A DNA stretch of 64,000 nucleotides from the human T2T-CHM13v2.0 reference genome, Homo sapiens, in the NCBI RefSeq assembly GCF_009914755.1, contig NC_060939.1; one strand, given 5' to 3'. The translations under genes and the position numbers were made by a program. The notes below the pieces were generated by a model. It had not been told where the DNA came from. It saw only the letters and a program-made list of their open reading frames with translations, and ran no database searches. Below are positions 42,571 to 62,658 of the stretch, in pieces. Position 1 is the stretch's first letter. Every line of letters starts with the position of its first letter.

Positions 42571-42951
42571 GAGGGAGGAGCCAAGATGGCCGAATAGGAA
42601 CAGCTCCGGTCTACAGCTCCCAGCGTGAGCGACGCAGAAGACGGTGATTTCTGCATTTCCATCTGAGCTTTGAAGAGAGCAGTGGTTCTCCCAGCACGCA
42701 GCTGGAGATCTGAGAACGGGCAGACTGCCTCCTCAAGTGGGTCCCTGACTCCTGACCCCCGAGCAGCCTAACTGGGAGGCACCCCCCAGCAGGGGCACAC
42801 TGACACCTCACACGGCAGGGTATTCCAACAGACCTGCAGCTGAGGGTCCTGTCTGTTAGAAGGAAAACTAACAACCAGAAAGGACATCTACACCGAAAAC
42901 CCATCTGTACATCACCATCATCAAAGACCAAAAGTAGATAAAACCACAAAG

Positions 42952-43968
42952 ATGGGGAAAAAACAGAACAGAAAAACTGGAAACTCTAAAACGCAGAGCG
43001 CCTCTCCTCCTCCAAAGGAACGCAGTTCCTCACCAGCAACAGAACAAAGCTGGATGGAGAATGATTTTGACGAGCTGAGAGAAGAAGGCTTCAGACGATC
43101 AAATTACTCTGAGCTACGGGAGGACATTCAAACCAAAGGCAAAGAAGTTGAAAACTTTGAAAAAAATTTAGAAGAATGTATAACTAGAATAACCAATACA
43201 GAGAAGTGCTTAAAGGAGCTGATGGAGCTGAAAACCAAGGCTCGAGAACTACGTGAAGAATGCAGAAGCCTCAGGAGCCGATGCGATCAACTGGAAGAAA
43301 GGGTATCAGCAATGGAAGATGAAATGAATGAAATGAAGCGAGAAGGGAAGTTTAGAGAAAAAAGAATAAAAAGAAATGAGCAAAGCCTCCAAGAAATATG
43401 GGACTATGTGAAAAGACCAAATCTACGTCTGATTGGTGTACCTGAAAGTGATGTGGAGAATGGAACCAAGTTGGAAAACACTCTGCAGGATATTATCCAG
43501 GAGAACTTCCCCAATCTAGCAAGGCAGGCCAACGTTCAGATTCAGGAAATACAGAGAACACCACAAAGATACTCCTCGAGAAGAGCAACTCCAAGACACA
43601 TAATTGTCAGATTCACCAAAGTTGAAATGAAGGAAAAAATGTTAAGGGCAGCCAGAGAGAAAGGTCGGGTTACCCTCAAAGGAAAGCCCATCAGACTAAC
43701 AGCGGATCTCTCGGCAGAAACCCTACAAGCCAGAAGAGAGTGGGGGCCAATATTCAACATTCTTAAAGAAAAGAATTTTCAACCCAGAATTTCATATCCA
43801 GCCAAACTAAGCTTCATAAGTGAAGGAGAAATAAAATACTTTATAGACAAGCAAATGTTGAGAGATTTTGTCACCACCAGGCCTGCCCTAAAAGAGCTCC
43901 TGAAGGAAGCGCTAAACATGGAAAGGAACAACCGGTACCAGCCACTGCAAAATCATGCCAAAATGTAA
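42952..43968 (+). CDS. L1 ORF1p (338 aa; coiled coil, RRM, CTD)
   Basis: Canonical MGKKQNRKTG start; REKG, ARR and YPAKLS motifs intact. Confidence 0.98.
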   Translation: MGKKQNRKTGNSKTQSASPPPKERSSSPATEQSWMENDFDELREEGFRRSNYSELREDIQTKGKEVENFEKNLEECITRITNTEKCLKELMELKTKARELREECRSLRSRCDQLEERVSAMEDEMNEMKREGKFREKRIKRNEQSLQEIWDYVKRPNLRLIGVPESDVENGTKLENTLQDIIQENFPNLARQANVQIQEIQRTPQRYSSRRATPRHIIVRFTKVEMKEKMLRAAREKGRVTLKGKPIRLTADLSAETLQARREWGPIFNILKEKNFQPRISYPAKLSFISEGEIKYFIDKQMLRDFVTTRPALKELLKEALNMERNNRYQPLQNHAKM

Positions 43969-44007
43969 AGACCATTGAGACTAGGAAGAAACTGCATCAA
44001 CTAATGA

Positions 44008-47859
<3,852 letters not shown>

Positions 47860-48085
47860 ACAATGAGATCACATGGACACAGGAAGGGGAATATCACACT
47901 CTGGGGACTGTGGTGGGGTCGGGGGAGGGGGGAGGGATAGCATTGGGAGATATACCTAATGCTAGATGACACATTAGTGGGTGCAGCGCACCAGCATGGC
48001 ACATGTATACATATGTAACTAACCTGCACAATGTGCACATGTACCCTAAAACTTAGAGTATAATAAAAAAAAAAAAAAAAATTCT

Positions 48086-48121
<36 letters not shown>

Positions 48122-48623
48122 TGGGAACAAAAGACACTAGAGGGCAGACAGAGGGATGGGGGGAAGGGCTGAAAAACTGCATACTGCGTACTATGCTCAA
48201 TACCTGGGTGACAAGATCAATCATACCACAAACCTCGGCAACACACAATACACCCAAGTAACAAACATGCATATGTACCCCTGAATCTAAAAGTTGAATT
48301 TTTTAATGCAGATTCATAAACAAACACCATTCTAAATCTAAATCCATCTCTAAAAGTGTTGTCTAGGAATATATCTGAGAAGCTAACATTCCTAAACCCC
48401 TTAAATATAGGAAACTATTTTAAGGAGTCTGAAGAATTGATGTTTATTCTCTCAATTAAAAAAAATATCACCACTAACCAAACTGGGATTATACTAATAG
48501 TCCTCCAGCTTGCTTCTTTTTACATATTTTGACATCTTGGCATGTCACATATATGTAAATATGGACAATTTGCACATTCCAAATAATAATTTACAATTTC
48601 CTACAACTAGAGAAAACAATGTA

Positions 48624-48922
48624 TTTTTGTTTGTTTGTTTTTGAGACAGGGTCTTGCTCTGTCACCCAAGCTGGAGCAGTGGTGCAATCATGACTCTCTG
48701 CAGCCTCGACCTCCCAGGCTCAAGTGATCCTCCCACTGCAGCCTCCCAAGTAGCTGGGACTACAGGTGTAAGACACCAAGCCCAGCTAATTTTTTAATTT
48801 TCTGTAGAGACAGGGTCTTGTTATGTTGCCAAGGCTGGTCTCAAACTCCTGTGCTCAAGTGATCCTCCCACCTCAGCCTCCCAAAGTGTTGCGATTACAG
48901 ATGCAAGCCACTGTGCCCAGCT
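48624..48922 (-). mobile_element. AluJ
   Basis: Antisense diverged dimer. Confidence 0.88.
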
Positions 48923-49385
48923 GAAAACAAAGATTTTTAAAAAAGAAATGAATAACAAAGGTTTTTTTTATACTTTTGTAATTTCAAGTACTTTTAATTG
49001 ATTTTTGAATTTAATGTTGGGATTATAATAGTAATATTATACTGATAGATGTCTTTAAGGGAAACACCTCTGGTGTGGAAACTGAAAGTTAATGGCCAGA
49101 TTTCTAAATGGGTTTAATTTTCATGTTTTAGAAATAGTAACACTTAAAAACAAGTTTGAATGTTTCACATCATATTTTACATCAGTCAAGTAGCTGTATA
49201 TAAAGAATAATTTGAATTTGGCACGAGTAAGTAGTTTCCATACTTCTTAGCATGCTTCAAGTATTTACGTTTATAGTCAGATTCTTTATAGCAAACTACT
49301 CTAAAAATTATATTTTATTATACTACACAATTGGGATAAAATATGTTATACTGATTTTAATAGAATGCTTAAGTATTCAACATGC

Positions 49386-49686
49386 TTTTTTTGGGGGGTG
49401 GGATGGAGTCTCACTCTGCCGCCCAGGCTAGAGTACAGCCGCACGATCTTGGCTCACTCTAACCTGCACCTCCCAGGTTCAAGCAATTTTCCTGCCTCAG
49501 CCTCCCGAATAGCAGGGATTACAAGCACTCACCACCACGCCCGGCTATTTTTTATATATATATTTTTAGTAGAGAGGGGCTTTCACCATGTTGGCCAGGC
49601 TGGTCTCGAACTCCTGACCTCAAATGATTTGCCCACCTCAGCCTCCCAAAGTGCTGGGTACAGGCGTGAGCCACCGCACCCAGCCT
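49386..49686 (-). mobile_element. AluS
   Basis: Antisense dimer; flanking TCAAC(A/C)TG repeat. Confidence 0.88.
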
Positions 49687-50364
49687 CAACCTGGTTTTAA
49701 ATAATATTTTCTGTATTTGAGAAATTATGGAACTTAAAGTTCAACAAATTTATCATTTTAATGTAAGACTGCAGTCATCTATATTGACGTGTTTATTCTA
49801 ATTGTAGTAAATAAATGCTTATACTTGTAAGCTCTTGGCTGATGGTGACAGAGCTCATGACCTTTGCTTATGGCAGGGCTTGGCATTTTATGTAACCGGA
49901 GTTTCAGTTTACTAGTTATCAAATGCTAACTCAGGACACTCTTTGGTTATAAAAGGTATGAGGGTGTCTCGTATCCATCCTATTATTTTTTTGAATTTCA
50001 AGGATATTGAAAATGTTTAATAATGAGCAGATCTGAGATCCAAAACAGTTATAATGCTTTAAAACCATTACTGTTCTGAGCTGATAACTTAATTTGAATA
50101 GGTGGCCATCGGGGCTGAGTGTTTGAAACCAAATGTCTTAGGAAATTTCCATCCCTTTTAAGTGTAACAGTACCCTACTTGGGAACTATTCCTGTATTAT
50201 CAACAGATTAAAGAGTGGGCAACTTCATCCGTAGTATTATAAATGTGTACATTAAAGAATAAGAGACTGTGTTGTTTTTCTTGAGGTCTAAGTCTTAAAT
50301 TTTATATTAAATTCTAACAAGTTTTATTCAGTTCTAAATTTGCACAGTATTTTTTCCATATTTA

Positions 50365-50692
<328 letters not shown>

Positions 50693-51689
50693 TTAGTCTA
50701 TTTGCTTATATTCATACAATATAACTATTGCTATATATTAGACATTTGGATTTTTTGAATGTCATCTGTACCTCAAGCATAGCCTTTTACTTAAAGTAGA
50801 AGTGGAGCATCAGCCACAGTACTTACACAGACACCAAACCACATTTCCAGGCCCACTCTACAATTCAATAATTTGCTTGCTTAGACTTTTCCAATAATAG
50901 AGACAACACAGCCTTACACATTTTTGCAACTTGTGATTCCCTTCCTACATCTTTCCGGGACTTCCCATTAATGTTTTGAGGGGAAGATGAATTTTTAAAT
51001 AGACCCATAAGTATATTATTTTTTAAAAACCAACTTTTCTATTTTATTATTTCTTAAGTAAAAGACTATAGAAAAAGGCAAAAGAACATTTTTTAAATAT
51101 CCTGGAATAAACTTCATTTATATTCATCAGTAAAAATCAGAATTACAATCACTTATTTTTCTTCCGGTTTCTGCATCCTGGACTATTATAATAATCTATT
51201 AATTGGTCTCCCTGCTTCTGCTTGTACCCTTGCCTCCCCCTACAGTTTATTCTCCACACAGTTGTCAGAATATTCTTTTAGACCATGTCAGATCATGTTA
51301 CTCCTTTGTTTTAAAACCCTCCAGTAGTCAGTATTCTTGCCATAAATGTTTAACCTAAACCTAATAACTAGTAAGTCATCAAACCCAAATTGTAGGAAGT
51401 TCTTTTAAAACAAAACAAAACACACCTGGCCTGGATTATTTAGATTGGCATTCAAACACAATCCAAAATCTTCACCCATACATGATCCAGACCCCTAAGA
51501 GATCACTGACAATAATCTCCTTCTACTTTCTCCCTCTTGCTCACTTTAATTTTCATGGCTTTAAAACATGGTTTTAAAACATGAAGACAAATAAAATCTC
51601 ATCTCGGGATCTTTTAACATGCTATTCCCTCTATCTGGAATTATTATTTATTAGAGGAAAAAGCAGAAACATTCATCCAAAAAAAAGTA

Positions 51690-52088
51690 TTCTATGTCTA
51701 TTGCTGCAAAACTGAAACAGTGATTTAAAATAGCTACAATTTATTATTACTTATGACTCTGCAGGTCAACTGAGCAGTTCTGCTGGGCTGGGCCAGGTAT
51801 AGTAATCTCGGCTGGTTCATCTCATGCATTCATGCTTGTGTCTACAGTCAACTAGTAAACAGGTTGGAGGTTAGATGGCCCAGCATGGGCTTGTTCCCAA
51901 GAAAGAATGGAAACATGAAAGACTTTTTGAGATGCAGGTTCAACATCACTTCTAACACATTCTATTGTTCAAAGCAAGTCATGAATCCAACCCATATTCA
52001 AGAGGTAGGGAAACAAAGTCACATTGCAAAGACTATGGATCCAGGCAGGGGTAGAGAAATAGGGCCATTTTGTAATCAATCTACCATC
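51690..52088 (-). mobile_element. MLT1-family LTR
   Basis: 'ctattgctgc', 'acattctattgttcaaagcaagtca', 'caatctacca' end. Confidence 0.65.
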
Positions 52089-52183
52089 TCTTAAGAGGAC
52101 TATTTTAAAACAGTGGTTCATCTAAGATGGGAGAAAATGAAATGCACAAAGGATAAAAACTATACTTTATAAATCCTATAAGG

Positions 52184-52397
52184 CAGGGTTTCTCAATCTT
52201 GGCACTACTGACATTTTGGGCCAGGTAATTCTTTATTGTGAAGAGGTTGTCCTGCACATTGTAGGATGTGCAGCAATACCCATGGCACCTCCCCACTAGA
52301 TACTAGCAATACTCCTCAAGCTTAACAACCAAAAACATCTCCAGACATTGCCAAATGTCTCTTAAGGAACAAAATCACCCCTAGTTGAGAACCACTG
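52184..52397. mobile_element. MER20 hAT-Charlie element
   Basis: TIRs CAGGGTTTCTCAA / TTGAGAACCACTG; degenerate 8-bp TSD CTATAAGG/TTATAAAG. Confidence 0.88.
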
Positions 52398-53274
52398 TTA
52401 TAAAGGGATGAATAAAGGGATGAATTAAGGGAAAGACAACTCGGTCTTACAAACTGGCTTTATATTGGCAAGAATATAATTGCTTTAAAAGGCTGTTAAA
52501 ATGATTCTAAAGTGCAAACTTTATTTACAGGCATGTATGATATATACCAAATTTTCAATAGCTGACATATTAAAAATTCAAAGTTTTATTGACAATTCCT
52601 AGGCCACTCTCAATTCATATAATTTAATAAAAAACATTACCATACTCTTGAAGTCAATATAAAAGAAGATAATGGTGTCAGATGTTAAACTAAATTAATA
52701 CTACTGGCTCTAGATTTTGATATGTGGTGTATATATAAGCCCCAGATTGCAATAAACAGAGTTGTTTCTCTCCAACTGCCAAATATAAAATTCTGTCTTA
52801 CAACTCTATCTCATCTCCAACCCTTCTCTTCCCACTTCATGCATGACCCTGGCAATTTGCCTCCCAAATCCACTTCTCATTCTTATCATCAATAACAAAT
52901 GTAAAACACAGCACAGAAAACTGCTGTAAAAAACAACAGCAGTAGAAAGTATTAATTTTTTAGTAAGTACAACAAATCAAAATATACCTTAGAGAACTTT
53001 TTTAAGTCAAAAAGTTAGAAAACCTAGAGTAAAAAGCAACCAAGAAATATTTGTTAATCTAAATTGTTTCCACAATACTTATGTTGTTATGAAACTATAT
53101 AAATCAAACTACTTTAAATACATAATACTGTGAATCTTATAATATTGTAAATTGTAATCTTGTAATTTGTGAATATTATAAACCAAATATTCTCTAACAT
53201 TCATGTGCAAATCTGTGATAGCACTGGCCAAGTAAAGTCATATATACAAGAACCAATTTAAAAACTTTCTTTTG

Positions 53275-53598
53275 GGCCAGGCACAGTGGCTCACACCTGT
53301 AATCCCAGAACTTTGGGAGGCCAAGGTGGGAGGATCACTTGAGCCCAGGAATTCGAGATCAGCCTAGGCAACGAAATGAGGCCTTGTCTCTATTAAAAAA
53401 AAAAAAAATTCAATCTATCAATCAAAAAATCAGCTGGGCATGCTGGTGTGCACCTGTGGTCCCAGCTACACGGGAGGCTGAGGCAGGAGGATCGTTTGAG
53501 CCCAGGAGGTCAAGGCTACAGTGAGCCATGTTTCCTGCCACTGCACTCCAGCCTGGGTGACAAAGCAAGACCCTGTCTCAAAAAAAAAAAAAAAAAAA
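53275..53598 (+). mobile_element. AluJ
   Basis: Dimer with expanded middle A region and A tail. Confidence 0.9.
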
Positions 53599-53700
53599 GC
53601 CCTTCATTATGGAGTTTTAGGGCAAAAATAATAGTTTCTCCCTTAGAGAAAATAAAATGGGGTAACTTGCTAACGCAGTAATACACAAAAGAGCTGGGCT

Positions 53701-54009
<309 letters not shown>

Positions 54010-55766
54010 GGGGGGGCTGGGCTGAGAGTAGGGAGAGGAAAGTGCCTACGGTACAAAATATATAAGGAGGGACTCACTGTCAAGGCCAGGCAATAAGCCA
54101 AAATGTGAGGCAAGAGCCTGCTGTTCTCACTTCACCTCCAGTCCAGCAGGAACTGCACTTAACAGCAGGCAAATAACACAGCAGGCTGATTTCTGCACTC
54201 CCAAGGTCTGTCCTGTACTAAGCCTCAGCACTTACATCTTACTCTTCACTATCTCTGTGTCCCTTCAAAGAACCACAAGGCCTATCTACATGTGCTGGAT
54301 CAAACAGGGATCTGGGGCATGTGCTGATTCCCTGTTTGATACATGTGCTAGTACCAAACAAGGAACTGGGGAGCCCAGCAGAAAGAAAGGGTCATCAACA
54401 AGCATACAACTGGGATACTTGCCAAAGTTTTGAAACTATGAAGGTGGAAAAGAGGGGCATTCCAGGAAGTTTCCAAAACTCTGTTCTTTATAAAGTTGGC
54501 TTTGTGTTTAAAAGTAGTTTCTAATTTAAGCATGTGTATTCACAATTTCAATGAAAATGTTATTTTAATCATTTTTTTCTAATTATTGCTATTTAACTGA
54601 ATCAATGTTATTACTCATGAACAATGAAAAGCAATAGTATACTATGTGATTAAAACGTTAGTTTTAATAAGTCAGTTCATGCAAAAATGACTACAGAATA
54701 GGGTTTCATCCTCACAATGCAAAAGTATTCCTTCACTACTTTTGGTCCTCTTTCAGGAGTATCTTCAATACTAGCAGTTAGAAGCAACCACAAGAAATTT
54801 CACCTTACAGGTTAGAATGAACAACAAAAACCTACCTGATAGCCTCCATGCATTAAATGAGATAATTTGTTCTAGGATACACACAAACACACCACCACAC
54901 CCAAAAGTGTTTACAATGGATCATAAGTGTAGTTCCTTCCTCTTTTGTGACTCACCCTTTTCCAGGATGTCAAAACAGTTCAACAGCAGGAATGTAATTA
55001 GATATGAGCAATTAGAAAACTTGCTGATCTATTTTCTCAATGTGCATACAAAAAAAGTTCTGATTAATACAGCCTAACTTACAGAACTCCCTGCAATACG
55101 GTTCTTTCATTAAGGCTAAATTACTTAACATGGTTATAAGTAATAATAGGCACAAATCCTTTCACATCTTCATTTTAAAGGGCATACATAACATAAGCAA
55201 CTTGAAACCCATCTTTCCAACTGCCACTTCTACTACCTCCACACATCATCTATTTTCAAAAGCTATTTCCTCAGCAAACTAGTCAACTGGTGAGTGTCAA
55301 GGAATGTAGGATTTTTAGTTTATTACCTACAGGTTTTAAATAACATTTATCTTACTGACATATTTAGTAATTACATAAAATTAAGGAAAACACACAAGTT
55401 TTTCACATCTAACACTTGACAGCAAGAGTCTTTTAGGTATATGAATTTGCATGTTCCCAGTAATAAATTCCCAAATAAAATTAAGTTCTTAGTTTTATAT
55501 AAATATGTTTATTATAAGTTGCATTAATATATTTTAATTATAAAAAGGAGTATCATAACCAAAAAATGAAAAATAAAAAACATTTCATAATTCTACCATA
55601 ACTCCATAACTATGATCTTTGTATATCCCCTGCAGGTCTTTTCCCATGTGAATGTTTCATATGACTATTATCAGGTTGTACCTATAATTTTTATTTTGTT
55701 TTTTTCACTCATGAGATTTCCATTTCTTCCATAGCATTTATTCACATGGTTGCCAAGTGGCCTTGC

Positions 55767-56392
55767 ATATCAATTTTCTATTGCCATATAACAAACCACT
55801 ACCAACTTAGAGGCTAAAAAACAACATTTATTTAAAATTTTTCAGTTCTGTAGGTCAGAAGTTTAGGTGGAGCTGACTGGGTTCTCTGCTTGGGGTCTGA
55901 TCTCTCAAGGCCAAAATCAAGGTGCCAGCCAGGCTGGGTTCTTGTCTGGAAAAGAATCTGCTTACAGGCTCGTTTGGTTGTTGGCAGAATTCAGTTCCCT
56001 TAAGGTATAGGACTGAGGTCCCCGTTTCTGATGGGTTGTTAACCACAAGCCTCTCTTAGCTCAAGACCTCTCACATTTCTTCTCACATGGCCCCGTCCAT
56101 CTTCAAGCCAGCAACAGGAAAAGTCCTTCTCATCTTTCAAATTGCTCTGACTTGCAGTTCTGCTTTGAGCCAGAGAAAACTTTATGTTTTTAAAACAGCT
56201 CATGTAATTAGAATAGGCACACCTAGGTCTCCTTTTTAAACTAAAGTCAAATGATTAGTAACTTAATTACATCTGCAAAATGTCATTTGCTACGTAACAT
56301 AATATAATCATGGGCATATTTCCTCATCATATTCAAAGTCCTGGGGATTCAGGTGGAAAATTAAGGCCATTTTTAAAATTCTGCTTACCACA
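55767..56392 (-). mobile_element. MLT1-family LTR (MLT1E-like)
   Basis: 'cagttctgtaggtcagaag', 'ttggcagaattcagttcc', 'attctgcttaccaca' end. Confidence 0.75.
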
Positions 56393-56903
56393 TCTCTGGA
56401 TGTGTATTTTTCACTGCGCGTTGCAGTCAAAAAGCTTAAAGAGCATCTAGCCACTGGACTAGAAAACTTTAAGGTCACTTCCAGTCCTAAAATTCTAAAA
56501 ATCTAACATGTAAAGCTATTTTTTTAATTGGAAAGGAAAAACAATTATGCAAATTTCAAAGTTAGTTAAATCAAAAAGGGTGCTGAAGATTTTCTTTTCC
56601 TAGTTTAAAATAAAAAGGACATGTTTTAACAAAATTGTCATTTTGGGAGGGCCAATTTCTAGTCCCAGTAAGAGGCTGAACATCTAGGGAAGAATACAGT
56701 ATGAAAGTGAAAATAAAAGTTGGTGCCAAATCGTAATGCCTGGAAAAGCCAAAAGCAAAAGACTCTGAACCAGTGGCAATTTCCACACTACAAAACTCCA
56801 GTTTCATTTTAAGTATAAAGATTAGAAAAGGTAAATAGGCCAAATGAAAAACTAGGTCATAAACAGACTGTTCCACCCAAGGTTCATTAACAAAAACTAG
56901 GAC

Positions 56904-57215
56904 GGCAGGGCACGGTGGCTCACGCCTGTAATTCTAGCACTTTGGGAGGCCGAGACGGGCGGATCACGAGGTCAGGAGATCGAGACCATCCTGGCTAACA
57001 CGGTGAAACCCCGTCTCTACTAAAAATACAAAAAAAGTAGCCAGGCATAGTGGCGGGCGCCTGTAGTCCCAGCTACTGGAGAGGCTGAGGCAGGAGAATG
57101 AATGGCGTGAACCCGGGAGGCGGAGTTTGCAGTGAGTTGAGATTACGCCACTGCATTCCAGCCTGGGCGACAGAGCAAGACTCTGTCTCAAAAAAAAAAA
57201 AAAAAAAAGAAAGAA
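56904..57215 (+). mobile_element. AluY
   Basis: AluY diagnostics; TSD AAAAACTAGGA. Confidence 0.93.
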
Positions 57216-57504
57216 AAACTAGGATGAAGGATACAAACCTTAGGCTGTTGGGTCTCTTAACATACAGGGATCCAGCTGACTGCCTTTGGTATAAGACAGT
57301 CCCCATCCCTACCACATAAATCTAGCAGAAGGAAGGAGGGAGGGAGAGAAAAAAGTACCTCACATATACCCGATGCCTCATAAATATTTGTTGAGTAAAG
57401 TTATAAGATAATAGACTATAAACTTATTAGCCTTCAGAAACTTCACCTCCCTAGCCAGAGAAGAGAACTATTTCTAAATTTCAGCTATTAATGGAATAAA
57501 AGCT

Positions 57505-57601
57505 ACCTATACCAAGCAAGGCTGACACTTGATCAAAGGTAAGACAGTCTGCAAGAGGGCTGGATAATGGTCCTCAGGGGTGACAGAAGAAAATGGGAGC
57601 A
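57505..57601 (+). repeat. Copy 1 of a 97-bp dispersed direct repeat
   Basis: Ungapped match to 61011-61107 with about 12 mismatches by manual alignment. Confidence 0.9.
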
Positions 57602-57872
57602 GGTAGTGTTAAGACCAAAAAACAGTCTTAACAAATATTAGTAGAATTGAATTTTGCTGAAATTTTTAGCTTCAAAGTAATTACAACTTATATAATGGCA
57701 AATATACAAGTAGATACAGTGTCCTCAACAGAATTCCCAAGACTTGTTCTCAGCAAAATTAGTCAGGATTCTGCCTACTGGTATTAACCAGTAGAAAGAA
57801 CACTTTGATAGCTATGAGTGATACCATAGAATGAGAACCTCATAACAGCCATACAGAGAATACTAACCATAG

Positions 57873-60077
<2,205 letters not shown>

Positions 60078-60179
60078 TGTATTTTGTCACCTTTACACTG
60101 TTCCATCTCACTTGTGCTGTATTCAGCTATTCAACTCAAAATTACTTTGTGCAGAAACGAATGGTGTTTGTTTTTTGGG

Positions 60180-60475
<296 letters not shown>

Positions 60476-61010
60476 ATGGGGTACATTTCCATTTATATTG
60501 TTTTAAAGCTTTCAATTATTTCCATTCTTCCTAGTAGCTACAATCTCTGGTAGGGTAGAAAAGCAAGTGGTATTGGCCCCATCTTATAAGAGAAATAATT
60601 GAAACTTATTGAGATAAAGTGATTAGACCAAAGTTTTTCAGTAGCAGTGCCTGGACTGAAACCAAAATTTTCTGACATCCTGTCATCCTTGATCTTTCTG
60701 CCTATTGAATATCTCTACTTAAATAGTATTGACACTAAAATGAAAGATGACATTTTTTAAATTGCATCAAATTTCTTTTTATTTATATAGAAAAAAATAA
60801 AATAGAATAATTTATGTCCCAGAGAAACACTAATCCTATCTTAAAAATCTGAATGAAATAATATATTCTTAAATACAAGTCCAGGTGATTCAGTTTAGAG
60901 AAAATGAATTCTCTAATTCATATAATTCTCAAATATTCACGAATATATGCTGAATTTTTTGTTTACGCTTTTTATGCAACCTAGTGCCTGGCATAGTACT
61001 GTATGTATAC

Positions 61011-61107
61011 ACCTACACCAAGCTAGGCTGACACTGGACCCAAGGTGGGGCAGTCTGCAAGGGGGCTGGATAATGGTCCTCAAGAGTGACAGAAGAAAAT
61101 GGGGGCA
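61011..61107 (+). repeat. Copy 2 of the 97-bp dispersed direct repeat
   Basis: Matches 57505-57601. Confidence 0.9.
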
Positions 61108-62182
61108 ATTTAAATGGCTTAATATTTAATTAAGAACTTCAATAAATTTCAATTCTTAGCTGTAAAGAAAAGTCAAAAAAAAATTCAACCCACAAACAGG
61201 AAAGTATTTACTTAGCAGCAGAATACAGAAATTGAGCATCTCTCTAAGTGTAGTCTATACACCACTATGCACGTGACCCTCCTGCTGGCACAAGGACAAA
61301 CATGGGTGACACAGTCTTCTGGCAGTTCCTTCTACAGTTCCAGAGTGTTCTGCATCAGTCTGCAGCAGGGACAGATGCAGCAGTGAAGCCTGGGGCATGA
61401 AGTTAGAAATTAAAAAGGAATAAAAGCCCAACAGAAGCCAGCTCCAAAGCTCCGGTACTTGGCTCACCCTAATGACAGGACAAATTTATAGAGTGCAGGT
61501 CCTTGCATACAGCCTGCAGTCACATGCCTGCACACCAACATTCTCTTCCTACCTGCCCCTACCCCTCCCTTTCCCTGTTCATTCTACCCCTCCCTTTCCC
61601 TGTTCATTCCCTAGAGATGCTCATCATAGAAATGCTCTCTGTAGCTCAGAGGAACACTAGGCTCCGATTTCATACACTGTCCTGCATACAGTTTCCTTTC
61701 TAAATAAATGTACTGATATTTAAGTGTTTATAAGTGAGATATTTAAAAGAATATTCCAATTATTAATAGCACCAGTATTTCATGGATGTGACAAAAAATC
61801 AAGATAATGCATTAATATTAATGAAGTTTGTAAAAAAAATTATTTCTTCCAGCTCTGCTTCATCTTCACAAGTCCTATTACCCTTAAGTTTCCTCTTAAA
61901 ACTAACTTTAAAAGTTAGTTTCAAATATCACTCATATTGTAGATACATGCTATAGTATTTAATGGTAAAATATCATTCTACAACTTCCTTCCAAATGGTT
62001 CAGTGAAAGATATGAGTGAGTGTGCATTTATTATGCTTTTATTATACATATATAGAGTGAATGCACCAAAATGTTAACTTTCGGATCTAAGTAGCATGCA
62101 GGTGGATCCTAGTTCATTGTGCTATTCTTTCAAATGTTATGTATGTTTCAATTTTTTCATAACAAAAAGTTGGAGAAAACAG

Positions 62183-62658
62183 GGCCGGGCGCGGTGGCTC
62201 ATGCCTGTAATCCCAGCACTTTGGGAGGCCGAAGTGGGCGGATCACCAGGTCAGGAGATCAAGACCATCCTGGCTAATATGGTGAAACCCCGTCTCTACT
62301 AAAAATACAAAAAATTAGCCGGGCGCGGTGGCGGGCGCCTGTAGTCCCAGCTACTTGGGAGGCTGAGGCAGGAGAATGACGTGAACCCGGGAGGTGGAGT
62401 TTTCAATGAGCCGAGATCACGCCACCGCACTTTGGCCTGGGCGATAAGCAAGACTCCGTCTCAAAAAAAAAAAACAAAAACAAAAAATTAGCCAGGCGTA
62501 GTGGTGGGCACCTGTAGTCCCAGCTACTCAGGAGGCTGAGGCAGGAGAATGGCGTGAACCCAGGAGGCGGAGCTTGCAGTGAGCAGAGATCGCACCACTG
62601 CACTCCAGCCTGGGCGACAGAGGAAGACTCCGTCTCAAAAAAAAAAAAAAAAAAAAAA
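62183..62658 (+). mobile_element. AluY trimer (left-right-right)
   Basis: Full AluY followed by a second right arm, all inside TSD AAAAAGTTGGAGAAAACA. Confidence 0.9.

Noticed and set aside
42611-42949. 112-aa antisense ORF crossing the L1 splice junction
   Set aside because: Starts at TTG and is a by-product of the junction; it is not ORF0, whose region and promoter are deleted.
47903-47937. G-rich potential quadruplex
   Set aside because: Standard L1HS 3' UTR feature.
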